NCBI GenBank assembly: GCA_000934665.2 | Contig: KZ538276.1 | Coordinates: forward strand, 1 to 64,000 | Direction: 5' to 3' | Source of the DNA: Catajapyx aquilonaris | Lineage: Eukaryota | DNA length: 64,000 nt | The notes under the pieces: generated by a model | What the model saw: only the letters and a program-made list of their open reading frames with translations | What the model was told of the DNA's origin: nothing | Databases searched by the model: none | Part shown: piece by piece, positions 12,691 through 24,716 of the stretch | Numbering within the stretch: position 1 is the stretch's first letter | Layout: the number at the start of each line of letters is the position of its first letter | Translations under genes and position numbers: made by a program

Positions 12691-13721
12691 GGTACTCAAA
12701 TGTCTCATAGAGTAACTGCTCAATCATGCCAACTAGGATTAATCCCTGTCATTGTTAGCTCTATTCCTACCAACAACTCCAAATCCTAGGTCTACCTCCA
12801 AGCGGTGCTGCATTTGGGCTAAACTAACTCGAACAATTAGTCTGAACACCCTCTGTACGTGCGATCAAGACCCCGCACGCATTCCTCGAATGTAACGATC
12901 CAGCTGCATTAGAGAGGACTAGAGTAATTACTCTTAGGAGGGGAGGTTGGATAGAGGGAGGTTCTATACAGAGCCCGCATTTTCTATGAGCCTCTGATCA
13001 CATTCCCAAACTACAGAGCACTTGATGCCATTGGAGCATCTTGACTCTCCACCACTTGCCTACTACATCCTAATAGATACAAGGATCTGGTTAGTAGTTG
13101 GGGAGGAAACTTGGAAGCGATACACTCTCTGAAAGGCTGTTCATTGCATATGCATTGGATACCCTAGCTCTCTATGCAACAATGGCCATGAGTGGGCCTT
13201 CCAACCTGATTGGTAGAAAAAGGTACTTTCTAGTAGTCTGCAAAATGATGAGCGTAATTAGCAAGGATTCGATATCAGCTGGTGGTGTATGTGCTCTGAC
13301 CGCAATTTTAAGGCCTTTTAATTAAAACGGTGGGAGAGAAATGTTTAAGTGGATGTGTCCAAAAGTCAGTCAAGGGTTGGAGGGATGTGTGGGAGGCAGC
13401 TCTTCAGACACTGTTCCGGCTCAACTGTCCAATTTAGTTATCAAAGTGTAGAGCGCCAACCTCCAGATGTTTTTCAGGTGCAAAGAATGTGAACCAGTAG
13501 CTATTTATTTTTATAATATTAAAATACGTTGTTCGTGTGAGCCTTCCTAGCCCGCCGTTTACGGCTTTATTCTGCGACTGCGCAATCGGAGGAGTCAGCG
13601 CCTCTGGTGGGCGGGAAGAGGAACTATTCTGTGGCGAGCCGCAGACACTTTCGACATCAGTAATGTGTTCTAATATAGTCAATAATGTGTAGATATGCAT
13701 TCATGTTTTTGTTTTTTGTAT

Positions 13722-13892
13722 GGTGACGCTGGGTGTGGACTTGGGGAGGGCTCTTTTGTACCGGAAGTCGGGAGACGACCTGGCTTCGGGCCGGTCTAAT
13801 AAATGGGTAGCTCCAAACCTGTTGTATTATTGGACCCCGACCCTAAGTGATCTTGCGGGATCAGGAGGGATGACCTGAGATCAACCCTCACA
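13722..13892 (+). mobile_element. Possible short solo LTR
   Basis: gtat|GGTGACG...AATAAA (13798)...CCTCACA|gtat: 4-bp TSD and an ACA end, but the 5' end reads GG rather than canonical TG. Confidence 0.3.
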
Positions 13893-14363
13893 GTATAATT
13901 TAAAAATGCAACGTTTGTTTGTCCAAGTTTGGACCATGGCAATCGGTTAGCATGACCATGACGATCTGCTACCATGGCAACCTGATTATCCGTTTTGCCT
14001 CATTTTAGCTTCACCACTTCATTTTGATTGTCCCACATTGAGATGACAGTACTTATGCCAATTTCTGAATCCATATCGTACGTTTTGGCTCTGATGGTGA
14101 CACGGGACAATTTTTTTAGTGAACCCATAAAAAAACCTCCGATGGATGATGCAATTACGGCAGCATCGCATGCCTGTTATCCCAACCGCCACTGGTCCCA
14201 CAGCCGCATCAAAATTACTGGCAGGTGCATCGGACGCTGAAGTACACTTCACACACTGCTCGTAGCGCACTGGGGGACATCACAACACCTTTGCACTTAT
14301 CCCTATTGGAACCAACCCCTTTAAGGGCTGTTCGTATGGTAAGTACAGGGGTGATCTTCCATA

Positions 14364-14625
14364 AGTTTAGGTTTATTAGGAAGAAGCCAAAGCAACTATG
14401 GCTATCTGGCTATAGAAGACGCAAAGGAAGGGGATGGAGAGAGAAACGAAGAGGAAAACGAAGAGAGGAAAGACTGGCATCTCTCTCAGTCTGTCTCCTA
14501 TCCGACCTGTCCGGCTTGGGTGGCCCTACCAGTAGACGAAAGTACCGCAGGCATAGCTCTTGGGGTCATTGGAGAAACTGCGGCTCCCCACTACGACAAG
14601 GTGTAAACACCGTCGTCGTGGGGCT
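14364..14625 (-). mobile_element. Short retroposon/SINE derived from an RTE-clade LINE 5' end
   Basis: Minus strand CACCTTGTCGTAGTGGGG...CAATGACCCCAAGAGCTATGCCTGCGG...GGTAGGGCCACCCAAGCCGGACAGGTC resembles RTE/BovB/Expander 5' UTRs as recalled. Tail taataaacctaaac; possible TSD ttccata; second copy at 53990-54477. Confidence 0.7.
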
Positions 14626-15445
14626 TTCCATAGGTGTTTCCATAGACCTGAAGAGAACCACACCTGATCGATACCTTCCAAGAATGCGTCGGTTCTCCCC
14701 CTTCTTGTCCTGTGATTAGGAAATAATAATAACAATGGGGGCGGCAGGAGAAGAGTGGTCCTGTGGTGTGAGAGGAACGACCCCTTTCGTGAGGCTAATT
14801 GACGGGGAGCTTTTAACGCGCGCATTGTCCGCCTGACAGGGAATTGCCAATTGGTGTCAGCGCCCCTTATGGCATATTCTACCCCCTCTCTCTCCCCTTC
14901 CACCCCCCCAACCCCTTTTCCAACAACCCACGACCCTTTGATCTCAGTTTGGCCTCATGACGGATTAATGAGCCCTCCCGACACTCGTCAACGCCATTGG
15001 CAACTGCCGGCAAAAATGGAGGAATTTATTGCCTCCGCAGGTTCCAGAGAGAGTGAAAAAAATGGTGGGCCACTAATTGTGGAGACCGCCTCTTTTCCAC
15101 ACCTAATTGTTGTGGAAGGTGTTTGGATCCACCCCCAAAACTCTCGGGATGGATAGTGTGGACGACGTAGTGCCAATTCCCAGGGGCCCCATTTTCTTAA
15201 AAGAAAATGTGGCTCATAGAGCCCATAAGAAAAGGGCCCCATATGACTCCATAAGAAAATCGGGCAATAAAAGGGGGCCAATATTACCTCATATAAATTT
15301 GATTCATATGGGTCTCATTCTTATGTGCTCTGTAGGCCTCTTTTCCTTGTAGCCTCACTTATGGGCTCACTCCTTATGGCCTCTATGAACATTTCCTTAT
15401 GGATCATATGGGCCCATTTCCTTGTGAACTACACAGGGAGTTCCA

Positions 15446-15513
15446 AGTTCGGGGGTCACTTCTTGATAACTAATATTGCCTGATAGCAGTTATCAAGTAG
15501 TGACCCCCGAACT
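15446..15513. repeat. Hairpin, 26-bp arms
   Basis: agttcgggggtcacttcttgataact / agttatcaagtagtgacccccgaact. Confidence 0.85.
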
Positions 15514-15517
15514 AGTA

Positions 15518-15718
15518 GATATAGTAGACCAGAGTCCCACGCCAGATGATCCCTGACGTTATTTTAACGGTCTTTACGTCAATTTCACTTCAATCTATCG
15601 TATCAATGGTGCAATAGCCGTTACATTTCTTCACGTAAAATTGACGCTAAAAGTCGTTAAATTGACGTAGCCTAAAAGTCGTTAAAATATCTGGCGTGGG
15701 ACTCTGGTCTACTATATC
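15518..15718. mobile_element. MITE with 30-bp perfect TIRs
   Basis: gatatagtagaccagagtcccacgccagat ... atctggcgtgggactctggtctactatatc, with subterminal aattgacg repeats. Superfamily not assigned. Confidence 0.8.
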
Positions 15719-15828
15719 CGAAGTGTGCACATAAAAAGGAAAACCATGCTACTGCCCTCTTTGTAGGGCCATACAGGCCCCTTTTGATATATGAAAAGGA
15801 GCCCATATGGCCAATATGACTCCCTTAT

Positions 15829-15947
15829 AATATGGTCCCCACTTTAAGGGAGTCATATAGTGCCCACTTTTAAGGGAGTCATATGGAGCCCACTTTAAGG
15901 GAATCATATGCAGCCCACTTTAAAGAAGTCATATGGAGCCCACTTTC
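15829..15947 (+). repeat. 25-bp tandem repeat (atatggagcccactttaagggagtc), ~4.7 copies
   Basis: Direct reading; related inverted motifs occur at 15200-15430 and 15800-15830. Confidence 0.85.
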
Positions 15948-16991
15948 CTTAAGCCCAACCCTGCATTTGACGTCAGATGTTGACGTCACTCCCTGCTATT
16001 AGTAACTTATGTATCGGCAACGCTCGCTATTAGCATCGATTTCCAGCATCCAGCTAAATCATATCCTGGCAGCCCCCCAAAATTTATGCTTAGGCATAAT
16101 TGGATAGACCCCCTATTGGTTGTCACTAACACATTTTTAAGCTGTTGTCCTCCCCCCCTCTCCCCCTTGCCACCACTTCATTGTGGTCTCGATAATTCGA
16201 TCGCCTCAATATCTAATTGGCCCTGTTATTATTACTCCACATGTTTGATGAACCATTAAAAGCAAGATTGATTGTTACAACGTTTGACACCCGTTTAATG
16301 AATCAGTGAATCTTCATCGGTCACTGTTCTCTACTCGTAGAGGTTAAAGAAACAGGGTCAGCCCCACGTAAAGAAAAAAAAGGGTTGTGGAAATTTAAAG
16401 TGGCAGGTCTTATCCAGCATCTCCATCTTTGTCGCCAGCGTCAACAATACAATGTAGTTGGGCCCTTCTAGGCTATGGGGGCCCCTAGAGAGTGGACCTA
16501 GAAGCGTTAGATTTCAGGCCTTTCCTGTGAACTTTGCCAGCCCCTAACGCCTCCACGTAATTAATCTTCCGTCACGAACACTCACTCCCATTTTACTTGT
16601 CTTGAACGAGCCCGCAAAATTTCATCTATTTTAAAAGCGGGGGGCGAAGGGGGGGGGGCGCTTTTAACCGCCCCCCAGCCCCCTCCCTCCCTTACACAAG
16701 ACCACTCATTCAACAACTAACCGGGGCAAACTAAGTAATCTTCTTGTATGATTTTGCGCTCGTTAGGTTCACACGGGTGGAATGCTTTTGTTTTTTCAAT
16801 AATGGAGACCGAATTTTTTTTGAGGGGGGAGAGGGTTGGATTTTTTTTTAAATGGGATGGTAGGGTATTGTTGGAGTGTGGGGGTTAGACAGGTATAAGA
16901 ATGGTTCGGTGTTATGGGCTAATATTTTAAATTGTTGGATTGAATATTAAGTGAAATAACAGGCAAATAATAATTGTTTTTAATTAATATA

Positions 16992-17198
16992 CAGGGTGGT
17001 CCAAGTTCAAGTGTCGTTTTATAACGGCGATTAATAGAAGCGCTTAACGATGACGTAGCAGCGACGTGTAAAATTGCCCACTTCGATGGCGCCGAAGATG
17101 CGCCGAAGTGGGACATTTCACGCGTCGCTGCTACGTCATCGCAAAATCACTGCTATTAATCGCCGTTATAAAACGACACTTGAACTTGGACCACCCTG
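16992..17198. mobile_element. mariner-like palindromic MITE
   Basis: TA|CAGGGTGGTCCAAGTTCAAGTGTCGTTTTATAACGGCGATTAATAG ... CTATTAATCGCCGTTATAAAACGACACTTGAACTTGGACCACCCTG|TA; arms pair almost to the centre. Confidence 0.92.
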
Positions 17199-17453
17199 TA
17201 TTGAAAATAAGCATATAAGTTAATTTTTTATTTCGAATAAACAGCAAATTTAATCATTAATTAGCGGACTTACATTAACTTTAATTAAAAGTGTAATTGT
17301 TGATTACTCGATTGACTAATTTTAACTTAAAATTATGTCCATTAATTAGTCAATAACAAAATTTGCTGTTAATATTGAATTAAAAATTACCTTACTTAAT
17401 TCACTTAATTAGCTAACAGAAATAATAATTCAATAATTCAAAAATTAATACTG

Positions 17454-17683
17454 AAATTTATTTCTTAATTTAATTAAGCAGCAAATTTAATTGCCAATTA
17501 ATTAACGAGCGAAATTTTAAATATTGTATAAAATATTATATCGTATAAAAATTAGACACACATTATAATATAATGTGTGTATAATTAAGAAATTAATTTC
17601 ATATTAATGTTATATTTAAGATTACAAAAATTGGTTGATTAATTTCTTAAATTTGCTGCTTAATTAAATTAAGAACTAAATTT
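17454..17683. repeat. AT-rich fold-back palindrome centred at ~17568
   Basis: Centre acacacattata-a-tataatgtgtgt; outer arms ttcttaatttaattaagcagcaaatttaa / ttaaatttgctgcttaattaaattaagaa are equidistant from it. Confidence 0.7.
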
Positions 17684-19249
17684 ATTATTAATGTTGTATT
17701 TAAGATTACAAAAATTTGTTGATTAATATCTTAAATTTACTGATTCAAGTAAGTTCATAATTAATAGCCAAATTGCTTTTAAGAGATGGATATAAAAGTA
17801 TGTGCAGCAAACAATAATAAATTAAGTAATTTTAATACGTGGATTTAACAAGTAGGCCTATACAATAAATTAAATTATAACTAGTGGATTTAATACTGTA
17901 GTAGAACAGCCAATAATAAAGCAAAAATAATAATTAAATCATTTTAAATAAGTGGTTGCAATTGCTTGACATTTCAATGCAAATATTAAAATGGGCATAT
18001 TTGTTTGTATGAATTATTTACATGTATTTTAATAGGTAGTTGAAAAAAATTTCATGGGCAGTACATTTCAAATTGTCCAAAAAAAATTCCACTTTTAAGC
18101 CGATACTCATATAAACTACATTAGTATTTTTAACGCCGATCTGCTAATAAATTGAATTTTCAGGCAGGACATTGACTATTTTCCGCTTATGCGATCAGTC
18201 ATATTTGAAAAAGGAGTCAAAATTGCGGGCGCATTAAAAATTCAGTTTTTTGAAATATTAGATTAACAAGCTGATTTTAAGGGAACCATTAAAATGTAAT
18301 TATTCTGGTTCACTGACGCCAGTTTTTGCGTCATTAATTTTTGACTGCTATTTCCATCGCTGGGTGTCATTATTTTGTATACTATGTAAAAAATTTCGTC
18401 ACTTTTGATCTGCACATATTGTCCATAATCTAGTTATATGTTTATTTCAAATTTCATATTATTTGACAGTTTTTTTTTAAAAAAATCTGTACTTTGGTTA
18501 AAATTAGCAACGCTTTACTCTGTAAATTATTTTGAGCAATTAATTTAGCAGCAAAAATATCGATATTTTGACACCTTTTGGTGACAACATGTGCTTCCAA
18601 TATTTCCCTCAAATTTTTTCAAAAAAAAAATCTATATTTTATGTCAAACAAACGAGCGTCCCAATAATGATATTCCTTTAATGGTAGGCTGTCCAAAGAG
18701 GATATTTTTGGACAGATTTCAGCATGCACTTGGCAAAAACCAGAACTTCCGATTTCCCCACCCAAAAAAGCTGCAAATTAAAAACCGATACATTAAAATG
18801 TGAGTTTTGTTGGCTTGCTACTACATTCCCCCCCTCAACCCCACTTTATGTGAGACATTTATTCCGCTGCAAAAACCTGGTCAGCCAATTGGACGCTTGT
18901 CAAAAAAGCCATCGAACCAAATAATTCTCCGAGCCTGTAATTAACTTGATCCACCGATAGTTGACATCATCGGTTCCCTAATAAACTATTGCTGGCCAGA
19001 GGTATACTCGCTCTCTCTCTCTCCCCCTACACACCAAATTGGAAGTCGTCAAAAAACTGACCTAAAAGCTGCTTATTTAAATAATCTCTTAATGAGACAC
19101 ACAATACTTCTAATTAGGATTCATTACTAAGCTATTGGCAACACTGTGATGAATTTTTGCGATTAAATTGGTCAGGAATATTCTATGCAAATTTGGTTCA
19201 TTTTGCAATATCTCGTATTCAGGTTGCTTTAGTTTATTTGCGACCATAC

Positions 19250-19849
19250 CAGTGAGCATCTCGTTGTTGCCAAGGCTGGCGGCCATCTTGAAGTGTGTGG
19301 AACGCCAACGAGGTATAAATAGGGTACAGGCAAAAATAGGGTCCTACATCTTTGATTCGCGCGTGTTCTTGCCGTGTAGTTGCCATGGCCGCCCTATTTT
19401 TGCCTGTACCCTATTTATACCTCGTTGGCGCTCCCCACACTTCAAGATGGCCGCCAGCCTTGGCAACAACGAGATAGAATAGGGTAGAGGCTGTAAAGAT
19501 CGGATATCTTTGAAGCAAAATGGCGGCCATCGGGCGTCCATGCCACTTCACGGCAAGAACTTTGAAATTGTAGTATCACTAACCCTGTTCTCCTCTCCTG
19601 CCTCCTGGCGGGACTAGGAAGAAAAGCCTGTCTGGGGACGTTTTTATTTATTCCCACCCCCCGCCAGGAGGCAGGAGTGTAGACAGAGGAGAACAGGGTT
19701 AGAAATACGGGAATTTCAAATGAGCGCATGTCCTTGCCGTGAAGTGTCATGGCCGCCAAAGATCACGTGACCTTGACGGCAAACAGAGAGACGCGAACAT
19801 CAAAGGCGCCGACAGAAGTTTGCGCCTCGTATGTAGTATATGCTCCCTG
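19250..19849. mobile_element. P-like MITE (family P1), rearranged composite copy
   Basis: 7-bp TSD accatac (19243-19249 and 19850-19856); ends CAGTGAGCAT...ATGCTCCCTG; internal palindromes at 19258-19475 and ~19580-19701. Confidence 0.85.
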
Positions 19850-20839
19850 ACCATACTTTTACTGACCTCGTTAATAGTTTTTACTCAATTTAATTTGAAT
19901 TTGTGCATTTTAATTAAATCCTTTGTAATTACAACAATAGTATGGTACTGAGCTTTTAACAATTGGAGTATGCTACCATCAGTTGGACAATCCCAGAAGA
20001 AAGGCATTGCAAAACTATCGACACTATTGCCCGAGCGTGTGTAGGAGTTGGCTAAAATATTAATTAGCTTCGGACATACCTTTCCAGCAACAACAATAAT
20101 AAGAGAGAGAGAGAGAAAAAACATATGGCACGCTCCTTTTTTCACAGCACTTTGCTTACTACATTTCCTAGAAATACGGGTGTCGATTTCGAGATAGATA
20201 TCCCCTGGTCGCATGTCCTGCATGCCACCCCTAATGTGTGCTAATAGTACAGAAGGAAGGATATAAATGCCTTCAAGCTCTATTTTCATAGACGCGGCCA
20301 CTTCAAATCATTTTTTTTGGAGGGGAACTATCCCCAGGAGCCTATCAATTTGTCCTGAACCGAAGTGATTGATCTATGCTTTAATAGCTGTCATTTTCAT
20401 GTGTGTAATGAATTTGACTCCAACAATATGCCTGTCCGTTCCAACAATGTACTGGACTTATTTACAACGCTATGCTTGGGGAAACAAAATGGACGTTTGG
20501 GACGTTGCCAAGTGAGGCATGTTGTTGGTCCCCTGAGGAATAACTCTGGCAACGCTGTGCAGCTGCGCGAGAGTGGGTGCGCACCTAGTTGCGCTAGTGC
20601 ACGGTTTATATTAGCTTCACTACGACGGATGTGTGTCCGCCCGCGTGCAGCGAGTTCGCCATTCCCCCACCATCTAGTGGTAGGTATTCACATTAGGGGT
20701 GAGTTCGCAACCTCAACGCCAGATGGCGGTAGTAGTCACGTGAGTTTGTGAGATCGCCACTTCCACACCATCATCGGGAGGTAGTCACATGAGTGGATGA
20801 GTTCGCAACCTCCATACGCCAGACGGCGCTACCTCATAA

Positions 20840-21008
20840 AGGCCCATTCACACAGGCCGTCGACGGTTTTGGTTTTGGTTTTGGACCAATCAGAGCGGGC
20901 CCTCACGGTAACCATGACGCATTGTTTACGTGAGGGCCCGTTCTGATTGGTCCGCGGCGTCGACGAGACCAAAAACCAAAACCGTCGACGGCCTGTGTGA
21001 ATGGGCCT
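20840..21008. mobile_element. PIF/Harbinger-type MITE
   Basis: TAA|AGGCCCATTCACACAGGCCGTCGACGGTTTTGG ... CCAAAACCGTCGACGGCCTGTGTGAATGGGCCT|TAA; 3-bp TSD. Confidence 0.92.
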
Positions 21009-21159
21009 TAAAGCGTGTCCTTAAAACGGTTTTTCAAGTCTGTGCTTGTTCTCATTGCCGAGGAAATTATAGGACAATTAATGACGTAGAATGTTGTCTC
21101 ATTTCGTTTCCAAAGAATCCAAGGACATTCGGCCATGGGCTATATGACCTTGGTGGATA

Positions 21160-21380
21160 GAGTGAACCCAGAAAACCGGAAGTGGCCGGTCACCGGAAGT
21201 TGGCCATGGAACATATTTATGGTCCACTGAATCAGAATCAGAAAACCGTTTGTAGCTATCGCTTTCGGTTTAGGCCCTGATACCTGTCCACGGACGGACG
21301 GACATGCTTTTTTGTAGAGAAAAAGTTTTAAAAAATCAGATATTTTCAAACTTCACACTTTAAAATCAGTCTAATGTGAC
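21160..21380. mobile_element. Possible Helitron/Helentron-type non-autonomous fragment
   Basis: ccggaagt repeats followed by a (ggac)n microsatellite, as in DINE-1/HINE-like elements. Similar microsatellite-bearing fragments at ~11860-11985 and ~31800-31970. Confidence 0.3.
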
Positions 21381-22199
21381 TGTATCTTCAGATCTATACT
21401 ACTGGCGTCCACTCTAGTCGCTTAACAATTACCTCCCACTCGACGACTATAAAACAAAAAGTGGGTTTTAAAGCACAGTCCCTATAAACAAGTCCCCCCT
21501 TCCACTCAAGCTGAGAGTTCAATCATGTTGAATATAACAGCTAGTGTGAAAACCAGCAATTCGGACAACACAGATGTGTGGACAATCGGTTCGAAATTGA
21601 GTTTGCGTAACACAGTCCCGAAATTTTTTTTTGGCGGGAAAAAAAACTCGGAACGCGCGCTCTTCAAAATCTGTTGACTCAACTAGCAAATGGAGCTTGC
21701 ATGCTAATGCTTTCCTGTTGCAAATTTGACGAGAAACAATGTTTCCACACTCAGTTTATGCTGGTGTGAGCCTCAAAGGGGTAGGGGGTCTATAGGTCGT
21801 GTAATTCGCCTAATCCCTACAAACCCCTCCCCCCCCCCCACCACCCTCTCAGCATGTCATTGTGGTCACAAAATGAGCATGAAACCTTTATAAGAAAGTT
21901 AAGCCTCCAGAGGGGGTTGGGGAGTAGTTTGCAAATTAACAAACGCTTTGTTGTGAGAAGGGATATGCGGATCTCATTGTGTTTGGGCATGAGGTTGGAA
22001 ATGGCGATAGGCCTGTGTAAACGCAGCTGGTTGGTGGAAAGGGTCAGTTATTGTGCCTGTTTGGAGTGGGGAGGGGGGGGGGTTGACGCACTATTTTCAA
22101 GGACAGGGTAAGTTAGGTAGTGTCAGGTTATATCCAGTAGCCAACATTTAGGATCAAAAGCATTTATTTATAGAACAAAATAGCGGTTAGCGGAAAGTA

Positions 22200-23700
22200 G
22201 CAATTCCGTAAAGCAGTTATTGCACATCAACAGTTCTGTAGAGTGGTTACTGTAGAATAGCTGCTATGTTACTGAACAATAACAGTTATGTTACAGCAGA
22301 ATCACAGTTATGCTACTACATAATAGCAGTTCTGTAGTGTTTACTGTAAAATAGCAGTTCTGTAGTGTTTACTGTAAAATAGCAGTTATGCTACTACATA
22401 ATCGCAGTTCTGTAGTGTTTACTATAAAATAGCAGTTATGTTACTGGGTTCAGTGGGGCTTAACGTCGGCTTATTTCTGCCTCTAAGGCTCTAAGGCTCG
22501 ATCCTCATGGAAATTTTGCCACTCAGGGGATCTTTAACGTGCACTCGCGCAATGTCACAAGCACACGGGGCCGACGGCTTTACTTCCCCTCCGAAGGAAG
22601 GCGCACTTTCACTTTTCTACCACCCGGAGAAAAGTCACCGACCTCGGCCGGTTCGAACCCACAACCTTGGGACCAGAGACGATCGCGCTAACCACTAGTC
22701 CACCAAGGCCGGCTAGCAGTTATGTTATTGCATAATAGCAGTTCTTTCAGTTATGTAGACTAGCAGTTTTTAAAGGACTACGACAAATTAGACGTTCATT
22801 AAACCGCTGGAGACTATCAGTTCCTTAAAGGACTATTACAGACTACCAGTTCTTTGAATCAGTTTTACAAACGTAACAGCTTTTTAAAACGGACCCCACT
22901 GCAGATGAGCAGTTCTTTAAAGCACGTACTGTAGACTATATGTTCTCTGAATCATTTCTACAGACAAATAGTTTAGTAAAGGACTACTACTGACTCATCA
23001 GGTCTTTAAAACAGCCCGAAACGGCCACTGCCGAGGAACAGTTCTTTGAAGCACCTACAAGTTAGTGTAGCCTAGCAGTTCATTAAAGGACTACTATAGG
23101 CTAGCAGTTCTTTGCATCACTTCTACAGACTAGCAGTTCTTTAAAACGGCCACTGCAAAGGAGCAACCTTTTAAAGCCGTTAGTGCAGACTAGCAGTTTT
23201 TGAAGGCCTTTATAGCCGACTACCAGTAATGCTCTTCAAAGCACTACAAACTAAGGGTTCATGAAACCACTGGAGACTAGCAGTTTGTTAAAAGACTTAC
23301 TGCAAAATAGTAGTTCTTGAAAGAAATTGCTGCAGACTATCAGTTCTTGTAGAAGAGCATCTATTCAGAGCAGTTACTGCAAAATAGCAGGTCTTGAATG
23401 CACTGCAGACTAGCAGTTCTTTAAAACACATACTATAGAAGAGCAGCTATTTATAATAATTACTACAAAATATCGGTTATGTAAAGCACTGACTACAGAA
23501 TATCAGTTATTTAAGGCACTTACTGCGAACTAGCAGTTCTTTAAAACAGTTACTGCAAACTAGCAGTTCTTTAAACCAGTTACTGCAGACTAGCAGTTCT
23601 TTAAAACAGTTACTGCCGACTAGCAGTTCTTTAAAACAGTTACTGCAAACTAGCAGTTCTTCAAACCAGCTACTGCAGACTAGCAGTTCTTTAAAAGCAA
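22200..23700 (+). repeat. ~30-bp minisatellite (tagcagttctttaaaacagttactgcagac), degenerate at left and homogeneous at 23510-23700
   Basis: Recurring tagcagtt core; regular 30-bp phasing in the last ~6 units. Confidence 0.9.
22444..22713 (-). mobile_element. tRNA-derived SINE with Nin/Deu-like central domain (family B)
   Basis: Minus strand GCCGGCCTTGGTGGACTAGTGGTTAG (A box), GGTTCGAACC (B box), then CCTTCGGAGGGGAAGTAAAGCCGTCGGCCCC...GCACGTTAAAGATCCC. Flanked by tagcagttatgtta on both sides (possible TSD, but inside a satellite). Confidence 0.85.
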
Positions 23701-24487
23701 CAGTAACCAAAGCAACTAGAGAGATGTACGATACAGGCAGTGACTTCCAACAATGCAACGTAACGAACTTACAATAGATGGTGTATAAACATCCGCGTCG
23801 AAACATATTTGTCGAAAATGTCGCAATTGGATTCCATGTTTGCGCATATCCACTCTATTTACCGGCCCCGGCCCCAAATTGCGTCCACGTTAAGTAATAT
23901 AATAAAGGCGATTGTTCGCGTGCAACATTATTCCCTTTGTACTCTTGCCTATCATAATCGTTTGACCTGTCATCGCTCGCAATGGAGCGATCAACAACGC
24001 TCCGAATCAGCCCCACACCCCACAGGTATATACAGGAAAAAATTCTTCAAAAATATCTGTTGGAAAACTGGCATAATTGGACGTGACCGATCTAACACAC
24101 GGACCTGGTGTTGTTGTGTGTGTGTGTGGTAGATGTTTGTAGCAGTCGATACCGATAGGCCCTTCCTGCACGATGGGCCTCCTCCAAAGGTGCGTGGTAG
24201 TAATTGACTTTGGCGTGAAGAGCTGTCAGCTGCTGACAGGCGAGATGAAGTTGTGTGGGACAAAACAAACCCATCGCGTGAAACGGGCCTCTCTCGAAGC
24301 CTGTGAATTCTGTGATCCTCAATGGACGCCATCCTACGACGCCATATTTATATCGGGTTCGCGTTTCAAAAATAATTAAAAAATTATACATAACTATTAA
24401 ATCAAACCTGTTAAATAATATTAAATAGCATGCTAGTAAAAAGTAATACTAAATAGATAACTAAAAAATAATACGGTAGGCTACATA

Positions 24488-24613
24488 TCCTCCTGAGACC
24501 CGGAGTACAGTATACTGTACCTTTGTTTTTGGTTTTTTTAACGCGTTTGAGTTAGTCAGAAGGTGCTGGAAAAACCAAAGGTACAGTATACTGTACCAGG
24601 GGTCTCAGGAGGA
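24488..24613. mobile_element. TA-inserting MITE (family T1), TIR TCCTCCTGAGACCC
   Basis: TA|TCCTCCTGAGACCC...GGGTCTCAGGAGGA|TA with the subterminal palindrome gtacagtatactgtac at both ends; copies at 25961-26358 and 58877-59001. Confidence 0.88.
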
Positions 24614-24716
24614 TAACTATTCAAAAACATAATAGTTATAATATGTTGATAACAGATGATAATAAATATATCCTATGGAACAATACATAACTACGAAACA
24701 AATAGTAAATAATATA

